Assembly: GCA_944388605.1 (NCBI GenBank)
Contig: CALXJJ010000004.1
Location: 3,162 to 67,161, forward strand
DNA length: 64,000 nt
Origin: an uncultured Clostridia bacterium
GTDB lineage: Bacteria > Bacillota > Clostridia > TANB77 > CAG-508
Direction: 5' to 3'
Notes under the pieces: model-generated
What the model saw: the letters and a program-made list of their open reading frames with translations, nothing else
Databases searched by the model: none
What the model was told of the DNA's origin: nothing
Part shown: positions 50,701 through 59,159 of the stretch, piece after piece
How the letters are laid out: each line of letters starts with the position of its first letter
How positions within the stretch are numbered: the stretch's first letter is position 1
Made by a program: the position numbers and the translations under genes

Positions 50701-51555
50701 TTAAACAGTTAAAATTTCTATGTCTAAACTTGAAATAAATTCTTTTATTTCTTTTATGATTTCTTCAAACTTAATATCATTTGCATATTTATTCTTTTTA
50801 GCATACCCATTCCATAAACTTACAATTCTATCATATGAAGATATACTATCTAAAATCTGTTCATAATCTTTTAAATAGTCAAGCGATTCTCTTTTATCAA
50901 ATGTATTTTTTATTGATAGTTTTAAATTCTTAATATCAATATTATCCTTAAATTCGTTTAAAAACATATGTACATCGTAGTAATCTTTCATTCTGCTATT
51001 GTATTGTCCTCTTCTTAAAATAGTTTCAATTTTTTCTGATATTATTGTTTCAGCATTATATGTATAAATTAATATCTTTTTATCTTCAAATAATGATGGA
51101 TAACTATACTCTAACTCTTTTGGTACAACTTTATCTCCTGTAGAAATATCAATATCTAAATTAATTTTAAGATTTTCTAATTTTCCAATTAAGTGATATT
51201 TATTCCCACCATATTCATCTTCTTCTCTTATATCAGTTATATCAACCAACTCAAATTTTACTCCGTCTTTTAAATCAATATTTAATATTTCGTTTAAAAC
51301 TTTTACCATCTGCTCTTTGGAAATATCTAGTCCTTTAATTGTTGTATCCATATCTCTTGTAGTTCTATTATTGATTCCAAATAGTGCTGATAACAATAGA
51401 CCACCTTTTAATATAAAATTTTCTTGATATTTTGAAACTGAAATTCTTTCTAAGATTCTCTCAAACATAAATCTTTGTAACAGTTCATAATGATTTAGAT
51501 GATATTTTCTCTCTAGTTCTTTTGATTTTTGTTTAAGTTCTTTATATTTTATCAC
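50701..51555 (-). CDS. Nucleotidyltransferase AbiEii/AbiGii toxin family protein (type IV TA / abortive infection)
   Basis: FILKGGLLLSALFGINNRTTRDMDTTI matches the DUF1814 / AbiEii pattern. 4-nt overlap with the upstream AbiEi-like gene. Confidence 0.75.
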   Translation of the reverse strand: MIKYKELKQKSKELERKYHLNHYELLQRFMFERILERISVSKYQENFILKGGLLLSALFGINNRTTRDMDTTIKGLDISKEQMVKVLNEILNIDLKDGVKFELVDITDIREEDEYGGNKYHLIGKLENLKINLDIDISTGDKVVPKELEYSYPSLFEDKKILIYTYNAETIISEKIETILRRGQYNSRMKDYYDVHMFLNEFKDNIDIKNLKLSIKNTFDKRESLDYLKDYEQILDSISSYDRIVSLWNGYAKKNKYANDIKFEEIIKEIKEFISSLDIEILTV

Positions 51556-52145
51556 TTCATTAAGACCTCCATTATAGTAGTTAATTTTTCATATACATTA
51601 AATATTCTAGCATATTCATCTAATAGTTTTAAATTTTTATTTTTTAAATTAAAATAACTTTTCAAAATTTTGTTATATAACTCTATATCATACTCATCTT
51701 GTTTTTTTAGCATATCACATATACATCTTTCTAAATTATATACAATTATAGGATTACCATATGGACTTGTTATAGTAATTTTACCTATATTTAACTTTTC
51801 TTTAGATACATAGTGGATTTTTACATTTTCTCTAATTTTTTTATGAGAATATGTAGTAACATCAAGTTCATATGGTGCTCTTTCACTAATTCCCAGCAAG
51901 TGAAACGCAGTATTGTATGAATAAATAATATTGTTATAACGTTTTTGCAAAATATAGTATTCATCTTCAATTAATTTATTATCAATATATAAACCTCTTG
52001 ATACTCTTCTAATTATTCCATTTTTTATTAATTCTGGAATATATATTCTTTGAATTCCGTTTTGTTCTATTTCATTAGATGTTATATAACCATTGTTTCT
52101 TTTTAAAAATTTTTCTATTTTTTTTATATTCATATTAACCTCCAT
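51552..52145 (-). CDS. AbiEi-family antitoxin / transcriptional regulator
   Basis: 197 aa. N-terminal wHTH-like region and C-terminal domain with the size and arrangement of AbiEi. Translationally coupled to AbiEii. Confidence 0.65.
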   Translation of the reverse strand: MEVNMNIKKIEKFLKRNNGYITSNEIEQNGIQRIYIPELIKNGIIRRVSRGLYIDNKLIEDEYYILQKRYNNIIYSYNTAFHLLGISERAPYELDVTTYSHKKIRENVKIHYVSKEKLNIGKITITSPYGNPIIVYNLERCICDMLKKQDEYDIELYNKILKSYFNLKNKNLKLLDEYARIFNVYEKLTTIMEVLMK

Positions 52146-52207
52146 TACAAACGTACTACTATTTTATCATATTGTTGTACGTTTGTAAATATTAGACTTA
52201 AAATTTA

Positions 52208-52458
52208 TTAAATTTGTTATTAATCAATATAATTTATGGTGTATTTTTACACCATATCATATAGTTTTGAATAACCTTTTTATATTAACAATTTACTTAT
52301 TTGATTTCACTCATTTTTTTTAATATGAGAAGTTAAACCTCAATTTTTATTAGTGTACATTTTATTAAAGCTCGTCACTCTCTTTATATTAAAGCATTTT
52401 GGCATTTTTTATAATAAAAAAAATAATGTAGCATTCAGTACCCCTCTATGTCAACTAT
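52208..52458. repeat. Right copy of the ~270-bp direct repeat
   Basis: Matches 48467–48738. Ends exactly at the stop codon of the truncated nitroreductase gene. Confidence 0.8.
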
Positions 52459-52853
52459 ATTGTTGAAAATGGATTTAATCTTGAAACATACTTATCATCT
52501 AATTCTTTACACTTAAATACTGGAATTATTACATAAGGTGCATTTTTTAGCATTGTATATTGTCTTGGCATTGCATAAGCATACATCTTCTGACCTAGAG
52601 TAATTGGATATGGTCTTGGAATGTTTAAATATTTTTCACTATCAAATTTATCTGCTATCTTTTTTGCATATTCAAAAGCATATTCTTTTTCTTCATCTGT
52701 TTTTAATATAATATAACTCCAGTTGCGATTATGATTCCATGTTGGTGCTTTGTTTCCTGCATCTAATATTTTTTTAATAGTTTCAAAGTCAACCTCCTTA
52801 TCTAAAAATTCTCTTGTAGTTCTTCTCTTATTTATTACTTCATAAAATTCCAT
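52455..52853 (-). CDS. Nitroreductase-family protein, probably C-terminally truncated at the repeat boundary
   Basis: MEFYEVINKRRTTREF is the typical nitroreductase N-terminus. Only 132 aa; it ends where the direct repeat begins. Confidence 0.55.
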   Translation of the reverse strand: MEFYEVINKRRTTREFLDKEVDFETIKKILDAGNKAPTWNHNRNWSYIILKTDEEKEYAFEYAKKIADKFDSEKYLNIPRPYPITLGQKMYAYAMPRQYTMLKNAPYVIIPVFKCKELDDKYVSRLNPFSTI

Positions 52854-52865
52854 TTTTAACTCCTC

Positions 52866-53090
52866 CTACATTTTTTCCTTGTAATTTTTAGGATTTTTTA
52901 TCTTATCCCAATATTTAATATCTACAAAAGTTCCCCATTCTTCGAAATGTCCTGTAAATCTTTTCATAAATGAAGCATAGCAATATTTACAAGCATGAGA
53001 ACAACCAATGTATGGGTTTACAGAATAATCTGATACAGGCAAGTTTGATTTAGTTAAAATATTTTTGACTTTTATTTCTTTTATAATCAT
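52866..53090 (-). pseudogene. N-terminal fragment (about 74 aa) of a radical SAM / spore-photoproduct-lyase-family (SplB-like) gene
   Basis: IKEIKVKNILTKSNLPVSDYSVNPYIGCSHACKYCYASFMKRFTGHFEEWGTFVD is the canonical SplB/COG1533 N-terminus with CxxxCxxC, but the ORF stops after about 74 aa; full-length proteins are about 300 aa. Confidence 0.55.
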
Positions 53091-53091
53091 T

Positions 53092-53535
53092 TTATTTATT
53101 CTCCATTCGTCTTTTCTCATATTCACAAATATTGTGATAAACAATATTTAAACTGTGTATAAGTGCTTTTTTATCTTCTTTTTCTAATCCTTTTGCAATA
53201 ATATCTTCAACATCATCTCTAAAATTTCCTAATTCTTCTGCAAGCGATTGTCCTTTTTTACTTAAAGTTATTGCATTAAATTTTGAATTTTTTTTATCTT
53301 GCTTTTTATTTATAAGTTTCTTTTCTTGCAATTTCCCCACTAGGTCTATTACTGTGGTATGTCTTATTCCCAAAAATTCTGCTAATTCTTTCTGCGAACA
53401 GCTTTTATTTTCTTTAATATAATCTAATACTTCTAACTGTCTTGCTGTAATATCATATTTTCTTAAATTATAATCTAACTCTGATAAAAGTCTATCAGAG
53501 ATTTTTTTTATTAAAAGTCCTGTATTTTCTTGCAT
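53092..53535 (-). CDS. MarR-family transcriptional regulator
   Basis: 147 aa. wHTH region SQKELAEFLGIRHTTVIDLVGKLQEKKLI. Confidence 0.8.
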   Translation of the reverse strand: MQENTGLLIKKISDRLLSELDYNLRKYDITARQLEVLDYIKENKSCSQKELAEFLGIRHTTVIDLVGKLQEKKLINKKQDKKNSKFNAITLSKKGQSLAEELGNFRDDVEDIIAKGLEKEDKKALIHSLNIVYHNICEYEKRRMENK

Positions 53536-53603
53536 ATTTCACCTCGTAATGTAGTTTCCTACATATTGTATCATTTATTTTTTTATTTATCAATAGTTTG
53601 ATT

Positions 53604-53745
53604 GAACAAATCGGAAAGCCTTATAATTTGTACTAATTTTAAACTTTCTCTTTGGCTTTTTAGTAAATTTGTTCCTAAGCCAATTTTACGCAAGTAAAAT
53701 TGTGTGCATTCGTTGGAGCGTAGCGACTTTTATACAATAGGAAAG
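53604..53745. repeat. Long copy of dispersed repeat family A (gaacaaatcggaaagcctta...)
   Basis: ~90% identical over ~135 bp to 58265–58398. Shorter copies lie at 3725–3783, 22259–22274, 34066–34112, 36456–36477 and 56624–56679. Confidence 0.8.
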
Positions 53746-53817
53746 GATGACTTTCCTATTGTATAAAAAAGAACAAATCTATTATTTTAGACTTGTTCTA
53801 AAACATGTAATTTGTCT

Positions 53818-54306
53818 TTATAATATCAATATTTTATTCACAATATCTTTTATATCATCTTCTACTTTTAAAGTCCTATTTTCTATATCTAAAAAGTTCA
53901 TACAATTATCTTTATTAAACCTTATTAAAGTACAATTTTCATTTTGATAAGTTATTCTTTCAAAAGGAAATCTTATAATTCCAGGAGTATCAAACCCAAC
54001 CCCAAATTCAAGCAAAAGTAATCTATTATTCTTTGCTTTATCTAAAAACTCTCCATATTTTTTATAATGTAATCCTTATAATCTTTTTGTACTGTGTTTA
54101 TTTTTGTAACATTTTCAAGCATTGATTTATTTGCTCTTTTTAGTATTTTGTAATATGCTAAATTTTCCTCTCTTTTGGGCTTTTCTATTACTTCTGATAT
54201 TAAATATTTTTCTTCTAAATTATCTATAATGTTATTTATCTCATTTATATATTTATTTTTTCTTAAATAGTTTATTACAACATTATCAGTTATATATTGA
54301 ACTCTA
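53818..54306 (-). pseudogene. Degraded gene remnant (frameshift at an A6 run, no start codon); the C-terminal part is weakly SIR2-like
   Basis: Two frames read ...INYLRKNKYINE...KDYKDYIIK / KYGEFLDKAKNNRLLLLEFGVGFDTPGIIRFPFERI...IRFNKD... The break is at tataaaaaatatgg (about 54058). Confidence 0.3.
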
Positions 54307-54549
54307 TTACCTTTTCTCTATTTCTTTCTTTATTTCGTTATTGTTTTGCATTAGCCAATATCCTGTAATTAGCAAAACTGCTATTGGAAAAATAGCTAAT
54401 ATTGGCATAACAAAAACTGCAAAAATTGTAACTAAAATTAGAAAAATCGTTCTTATAAGCAACCTCCTCTCGTTTGTTTTTAATAGTGATTGTAATTCTT
54501 CTTTTGATAGTTTGCTTATATATTCTTTATAAGATAACCTACTGTTCAT
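54307..54549 (-). CDS. Small two-TM membrane protein, hypothetical
   Basis: 80 aa. Central hydrophobic hairpin. Confidence 0.3.
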   Translation of the reverse strand: MNSRLSYKEYISKLSKEELQSLLKTNERRLLIRTIFLILVTIFAVFVMPILAIFPIAVLLITGYWLMQNNNEIKKEIEKR

Positions 54550-54626
54550 CTTAGTTCCTCCTTAAAATTATTTAATTAAACTTTGTTGCTACATCCATAT
54601 ATAACCTGCCTTTGGCAGGTTATAGG

Positions 54627-55301
54627 CTATTCTTCTTTGTTTTTATATATTTTATATGCAATTTTATAAGATATATAATACATAATTACTGTACTTATAA
54701 TTAGTATCCACACTCCGAATTTATTTATAAAATTCTTTATCATTTCCATATCAATATTGATATTAGTTTTGTTAATTAAAAAGTATATTCCACCAAGTAT
54801 AGCAACTATAATAAGTACTAGAATAAACATTTGTATTCTTCCTTTTTCAGCTCCCCATTTATAAATGCTTGGAATCTGAACTGATTGTAAAAAAGATATT
54901 GCAAAAATTCCTCCCATTGTTGATATAACTACACTCTTATAATCAAGACTTATTATGTTTTCAGGTCTTAAATAATTCATAATATTTACAACTATTATAG
55001 TTAGTACCATTCCTAATATTCCACCTAATACAGTTGCTACTATTGCTAATATATATTTTTCTTTTACTAATTCTTTTCTGTCAGTCGGTAGTGTTAAAAT
55101 ATATTTATTTGATTTTGATATTTCATCATAACTAAATGTTGATAGTGAAATCATTCCTACTATTCCACAAATTATAGCTGGTGCAATAGTAATAGACTCT
55201 GTTCCTATTATTGCAATACTGCAAAATAAAATTATTATAATTAACGATGTCTTATATGTAGCTAAATTATATAAATCTTTTTTCAATAATCCTTTTATCA
55301 T
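54627..55301 (-). CDS. ABC-2 type transporter permease
   Basis: 224 aa, 6 TM helices. Directly downstream of the ABC ATPase. Confidence 0.65.
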   Translation of the reverse strand: MIKGLLKKDLYNLATYKTSLIIIILFCSIAIIGTESITIAPAIICGIVGMISLSTFSYDEISKSNKYILTLPTDRKELVKEKYILAIVATVLGGILGMVLTIIVVNIMNYLRPENIISLDYKSVVISTMGGIFAISFLQSVQIPSIYKWGAEKGRIQMFILVLIIVAILGGIYFLINKTNINIDMEMIKNFINKFGVWILIISTVIMYYISYKIAYKIYKNKEE

Positions 55302-55303
55302 AA

Positions 55304-56161
55304 CTATTTTTCCCCCTTAATATAAAATAACATTATATCTTCAATAGATGGCTTATCAATAGTTGTAATATTATATTTATTCCTAATAGTATTCCTATTA
55401 CTTGTTAATACTTCATACTGATATTGTCCTTTTTGATAAGAAATATAATCATTTTCATCTAATTTTAGAAAGTCATTTTTACTACATTTAATTATTCCAT
55501 AATTTTCTAATAGTTCATTTGTTGGTAAATTAAATATTATTTTTCCTTTTTCAATAAATACAATATAATCTGATATATGTTCTAAATCTGTTGTAATGTG
55601 TGTTGATAATAATATTGACCTTGTTTCATCTTCTTCTATATATTTTCTAAATATATCTAATATTTCATTCCTTACAACTGGATCAAGACCACTTGTTGGT
55701 TCATCTAATATTAACAGTTTTGGATTATGAGATATTGCTGTTGCAATTTTTAATTTCATTTTCATTCCACTTGAAAAATCCTTTATCAATTTATCTGTTG
55801 GTATATTAAATTGTTTTAATAAATTTATATATTTATTCTCGTTCCAAGTTTTATAGAATTCTCTCATAATTAGATTAACTTGTTTTGCTGTTAGATAATC
55901 TGATAAAAAACTATCATCTAACACAACACCTGTTTCTTCTTTAATCTCTTTTTCATATTTTATATTATCTTTTCCAAATATCTTTACAATTCCCTCACAT
56001 TTGCTTATATTTAAGATAGACTTAATTGTAGTTGTTTTCCCTGCTCCATTTTCTCCTATTAGTCCTACTATACAACCTTGTGGAACATTAAAACTAATAT
56101 TTTTAAGTTCAAAACCTTTATATTTTTTTGAAACATTTTGCAATTCAATGTTATTATCCAT
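55304..56161 (-). CDS. ABC transporter ATP-binding protein
   Basis: Walker A GENGAGKTT, signature FSSGMKMKL, Walker B LLILDEPTSGLD. Likely start MDNNIELQN. Confidence 0.85.
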   Translation of the reverse strand: MDNNIELQNVSKKYKGFELKNISFNVPQGCIVGLIGENGAGKTTTIKSILNISKCEGIVKIFGKDNIKYEKEIKEETGVVLDDSFLSDYLTAKQVNLIMREFYKTWNENKYINLLKQFNIPTDKLIKDFSSGMKMKLKIATAISHNPKLLILDEPTSGLDPVVRNEILDIFRKYIEEDETRSILLSTHITTDLEHISDYIVFIEKGKIIFNLPTNELLENYGIIKCSKNDFLKLDENDYISYQKGQYQYEVLTSNRNTIRNKYNITTIDKPSIEDIMLFYIKGEK

Positions 56162-56162
56162 T

Positions 56163-56540
56163 TTAAATTTCCTCCTCAAATATCATTCTAAATATTTCCT
56201 TTACTTCATCTTCTGATATATTTGCTATTTTTGAAATGTTATAAACTTTCTCTATATAATCCTGAATCTCTTTTAGTTTTTCCTCTTTGATTAGGTCTAA
56301 ATTTTTAGGAGCAATAAAACTTCCTTTTCCTTGTACTGTTTTTATAAAACCTGCTTGTTCTAATTCATCATAAGCTCTTTTTACTGTCAAAAAACTAATT
56401 TTTAATTCATTTGCCAGATTTCTTACAGACGGTAACATATCTTCTTCTTTTAATTCATCGGAAAATATAGCTTCTTTTATAGCATTTTCAATTTGTTCAA
56501 AAATTGGTATTCCACTACTATTACTTAATATTATATTCAT
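56163..56540 (-). CDS. GntR-family transcriptional regulator (YtrA-like, short)
   Basis: 125 aa. HTH LPSVRNLANELKISFLTVKRAYDELEQAGFI. The classic GntR–ABC–permease module. Confidence 0.8.
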   Translation of the reverse strand: MNIILSNSSGIPIFEQIENAIKEAIFSDELKEEDMLPSVRNLANELKISFLTVKRAYDELEQAGFIKTVQGKGSFIAPKNLDLIKEEKLKEIQDYIEKVYNISKIANISEDEVKEIFRMIFEEEI

Positions 56541-56623
56541 ATTTTTCCTCCTTACTGTTTCATTTGTTATACCTGTTATATTTATGTTATAACACTCTTA
56601 AGAATATGTCAAGAGTTTTAGAA

Positions 56624-56679
56624 TATTTTTTAAGAACAAATCGGAAAGCCTTAAAATTTATATAAATTTTAAGGCTTTC
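56624..56679. repeat. Perfect 24-bp-stem hairpin copy of repeat family A
   Basis: gaacaaatcggaaagccttaaaat-ttatataa-attttaaggctttccgatttgttc. Confidence 0.8.
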
Positions 56680-56802
56680 CGATTTGTTCCTTTAATTTCC
56701 GTATTTTCATTTAATAAATAATTAATTAAAAAATCTAATTTTTCCATAACTTATAACTCCTTTAATTTGTTTTAAGGTTGCTATAATAAGCAACCTTTGA
56801 AA

Positions 56803-57597
56803 CTAATTTTGAGGGAAGAAATAACCTGCTGTCATATCTAAATAATTTAGACCACTATAATTTGGATATTCTTTTTTTACTTCTTCTTTAAATTCATTTA
56901 TATTTTTACTTTTCCTTGCTATTTTTTTGATATTTTCAAGATATGCTATTTTTGTATCAACATCTGCAAGTGTTTCTGGTGTATAGTGGCTAGAAAGTAT
57001 TAAATTATAGCCTTTTTCTTTATAACCTTTTAATTGTTCTATAATTGCGTTTGCATGATTTTCTCCTGCTACTATTGAATGACAATCGTGTCCTAACATA
57101 TGTGTATATACACAGTTTATTTGTGGGAATTCTATTTCTATATTTTCGTCATGATATGTTATATTTAATTCAAATCCACCAATATTTACTTTGTTATCTT
57201 TTAAAATATCTGTTATATTATGATATTCTTTTGCAAAAGCTCCTCCAAAAGATGTTTCAAAACCTGTTACTAAATTATTTATTGTTCCTTCTTTAATTGA
57301 TTTAATTGTACCCTCTGAAGCATAACCTCTTACATCTTTAAATATTGTTCCTCCGTTTGGGTGATCCGAAAATACTTTTCCTACAATGTTTTTGTTTAAA
57401 CCTTTTACATATCCCTCAAATTCTTCTAAATTATCATAAAATGCTGGAAACTCAACTAATAATAAATTATCTTTATTTTCTAAAATATAACTTTCATCAT
57501 ACATTAAATCATTTGTTTGATATGCGTGTAATTTTATATCTCCAAAATCATATATATCTACAAATCCTTTTTTTAAATTAATTTCTTTACTTTCCAT
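56803..57597 (-). CDS. Hypothetical protein (possible metal-dependent hydrolase)
   Basis: 264 aa. His/Asp-rich stretch YTHMLGHDCHS. No confident family assignment. Confidence 0.35.
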   Translation of the reverse strand: MESKEINLKKGFVDIYDFGDIKLHAYQTNDLMYDESYILENKDNLLLVEFPAFYDNLEEFEGYVKGLNKNIVGKVFSDHPNGGTIFKDVRGYASEGTIKSIKEGTINNLVTGFETSFGGAFAKEYHNITDILKDNKVNIGGFELNITYHDENIEIEFPQINCVYTHMLGHDCHSIVAGENHANAIIEQLKGYKEKGYNLILSSHYTPETLADVDTKIAYLENIKKIARKSKNINEFKEEVKKEYPNYSGLNYLDMTAGYFFPQN

Positions 57598-58264
57598 TTT
57601 AATTACTCCCTTCTAAAAAACAAGGTTAATTTACTTTAGTTCGTGCATATTTGCGAAGCAAAACGCACAATTTTCTTATTGTATAAGAAAAATTGACTTT
57701 CTCTTTGAAATTTCAATATTTTTAACGATTTTTCCTATTCAACAAAATAACAACATTGCACAGAAAAATTGCATAGCAATTTTTCGTGTCGACAAATCTT
57801 TACGCTTCTTCGAGAACTTAAATATATATAATTAAGTTAGAAAAGTTCTCGTGAAGCGAGATTTGTCCTTTTGAAAATTTGTAGCTACTTGTTTTTCAAT
57901 TTCTGTAATTATTTTAATACCTGTTCTTATATTTGTAAAGTAGGCACTTTAAAGTGGTATAGTTTCTCCAAGGTAACTTTTATTCATTTTACTGTAATAG
58001 GAGCTATAAAATTTTTTTGGGAATTTATATTCTTTTAAGAAATAAATATCTAAAATGATACTATTGTTTATTTTACTTAACTTTCTTTTATTTACTTTTA
58101 GAATTTATTTTGATATAATTGTATTAAATTTAGGAGATGATGTATTTGAAACCTATTTTAGATTCTATGGTGCAATGGGGAAATGAATATAAGAACCTAA
58201 CCCACTAACAAAATCAAAGATTTTCAATAGATACCCCAGAACCTTGTTACTACGTAATAGAGAA

Positions 58265-58398
58265 GAACAAATCGGAAAGTCTTAAAATTTATATTAATTT
58301 TATCTTTCCTCATTAGCTTTTTAGTAAATTTGTTCCTAAGCCAATTTTACGAAGTCAAAATTGTGTCCAACCGTTAGAGTGTAGCGACTTTTATACAG
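58265..58398. repeat. Long copy of repeat family A
   Basis: Aligns with 53604–53745 (gaacaaatcggaaagtcttaaaat...gctttttagtaaatttgttcctaagccaattttacg...aaaattgtgt...gtagcgacttttataca). Confidence 0.8.
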
Positions 58399-58458
58399 TT
58401 CTGAAAATATTTTAACCTACAACATGCAAGACAACTTACTATTTAGCAATTACTGAAT

Positions 58459-59127
58459 TTATATATTAGCTATAATTTCTTTTTGTTCTATTTCCAATAT
58501 TAATTCTTCAGAAATATCTTCAACTGAATCAACTACAATTCCCATACTAGAATTAGTTTCTACACTTTTAGTATTTACAAAAATGGTAGATAAACGTTCT
58601 TCTCCTGCTCTTTTAATGTCTAAATACAAATCATCACCTATCATTATACACTCTTCTACTTTATTACCTCCACAAGCATCTAAATATACTTTTTTGTTTG
58701 GCTTTATACAATGCTCACCATAACATTCTTTAAAAAATTTACCAATTCCCATATTATTTAATCTATTTAATTGAGATATTGCAAAATAATTTGTTAATAA
58801 AACTAATTCATATTTTTGTGATAATTCTGATATTGTACTTATTAATTTATCATTTCTGGGAGGAATAGCATTTTTTAATTCTTCCCAAAAGATAAAAACA
58901 AAATTCTCTGGTAATTTATTACTTAGTACCTGCTCAAAATGTTTAGTATAACTTTTAATATTATAGTTGTTATATAATTGTTCATATGTTTTAATTCCTT
59001 TTATAAATAATTTAACATTATCTTCTGAATATATTCTTAGTTTATCTAAAGTTTTCTTAACGCTATCAATAAAATTTACTCCTGTTATAAGAGTTCCATC
59101 TACATCAAAAATTAATCGCTTTATCAT
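58459..59127 (-). CDS. HAD-superfamily hydrolase
   Basis: Motif I LIFDVDGTLI. Motif IV GDDLYLDI. 222 aa. Confidence 0.75.
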   Translation of the reverse strand: MIKRLIFDVDGTLITGVNFIDSVKKTLDKLRIYSEDNVKLFIKGIKTYEQLYNNYNIKSYTKHFEQVLSNKLPENFVFIFWEELKNAIPPRNDKLISTISELSQKYELVLLTNYFAISQLNRLNNMGIGKFFKECYGEHCIKPNKKVYLDACGGNKVEECIMIGDDLYLDIKRAGEERLSTIFVNTKSVETNSSMGIVVDSVEDISEELILEIEQKEIIANI

Positions 59128-59159
59128 TAATACTTATCTCCTCCACAACTTACTATTTT

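Noticed and set aside
56624-56679. The perfect 24-bp hairpin as an intrinsic terminator for the 56803..57597 gene
   Set aside because: No U-run follows the stem in either orientation. It belongs to dispersed repeat family A and is better explained as a repeat element.
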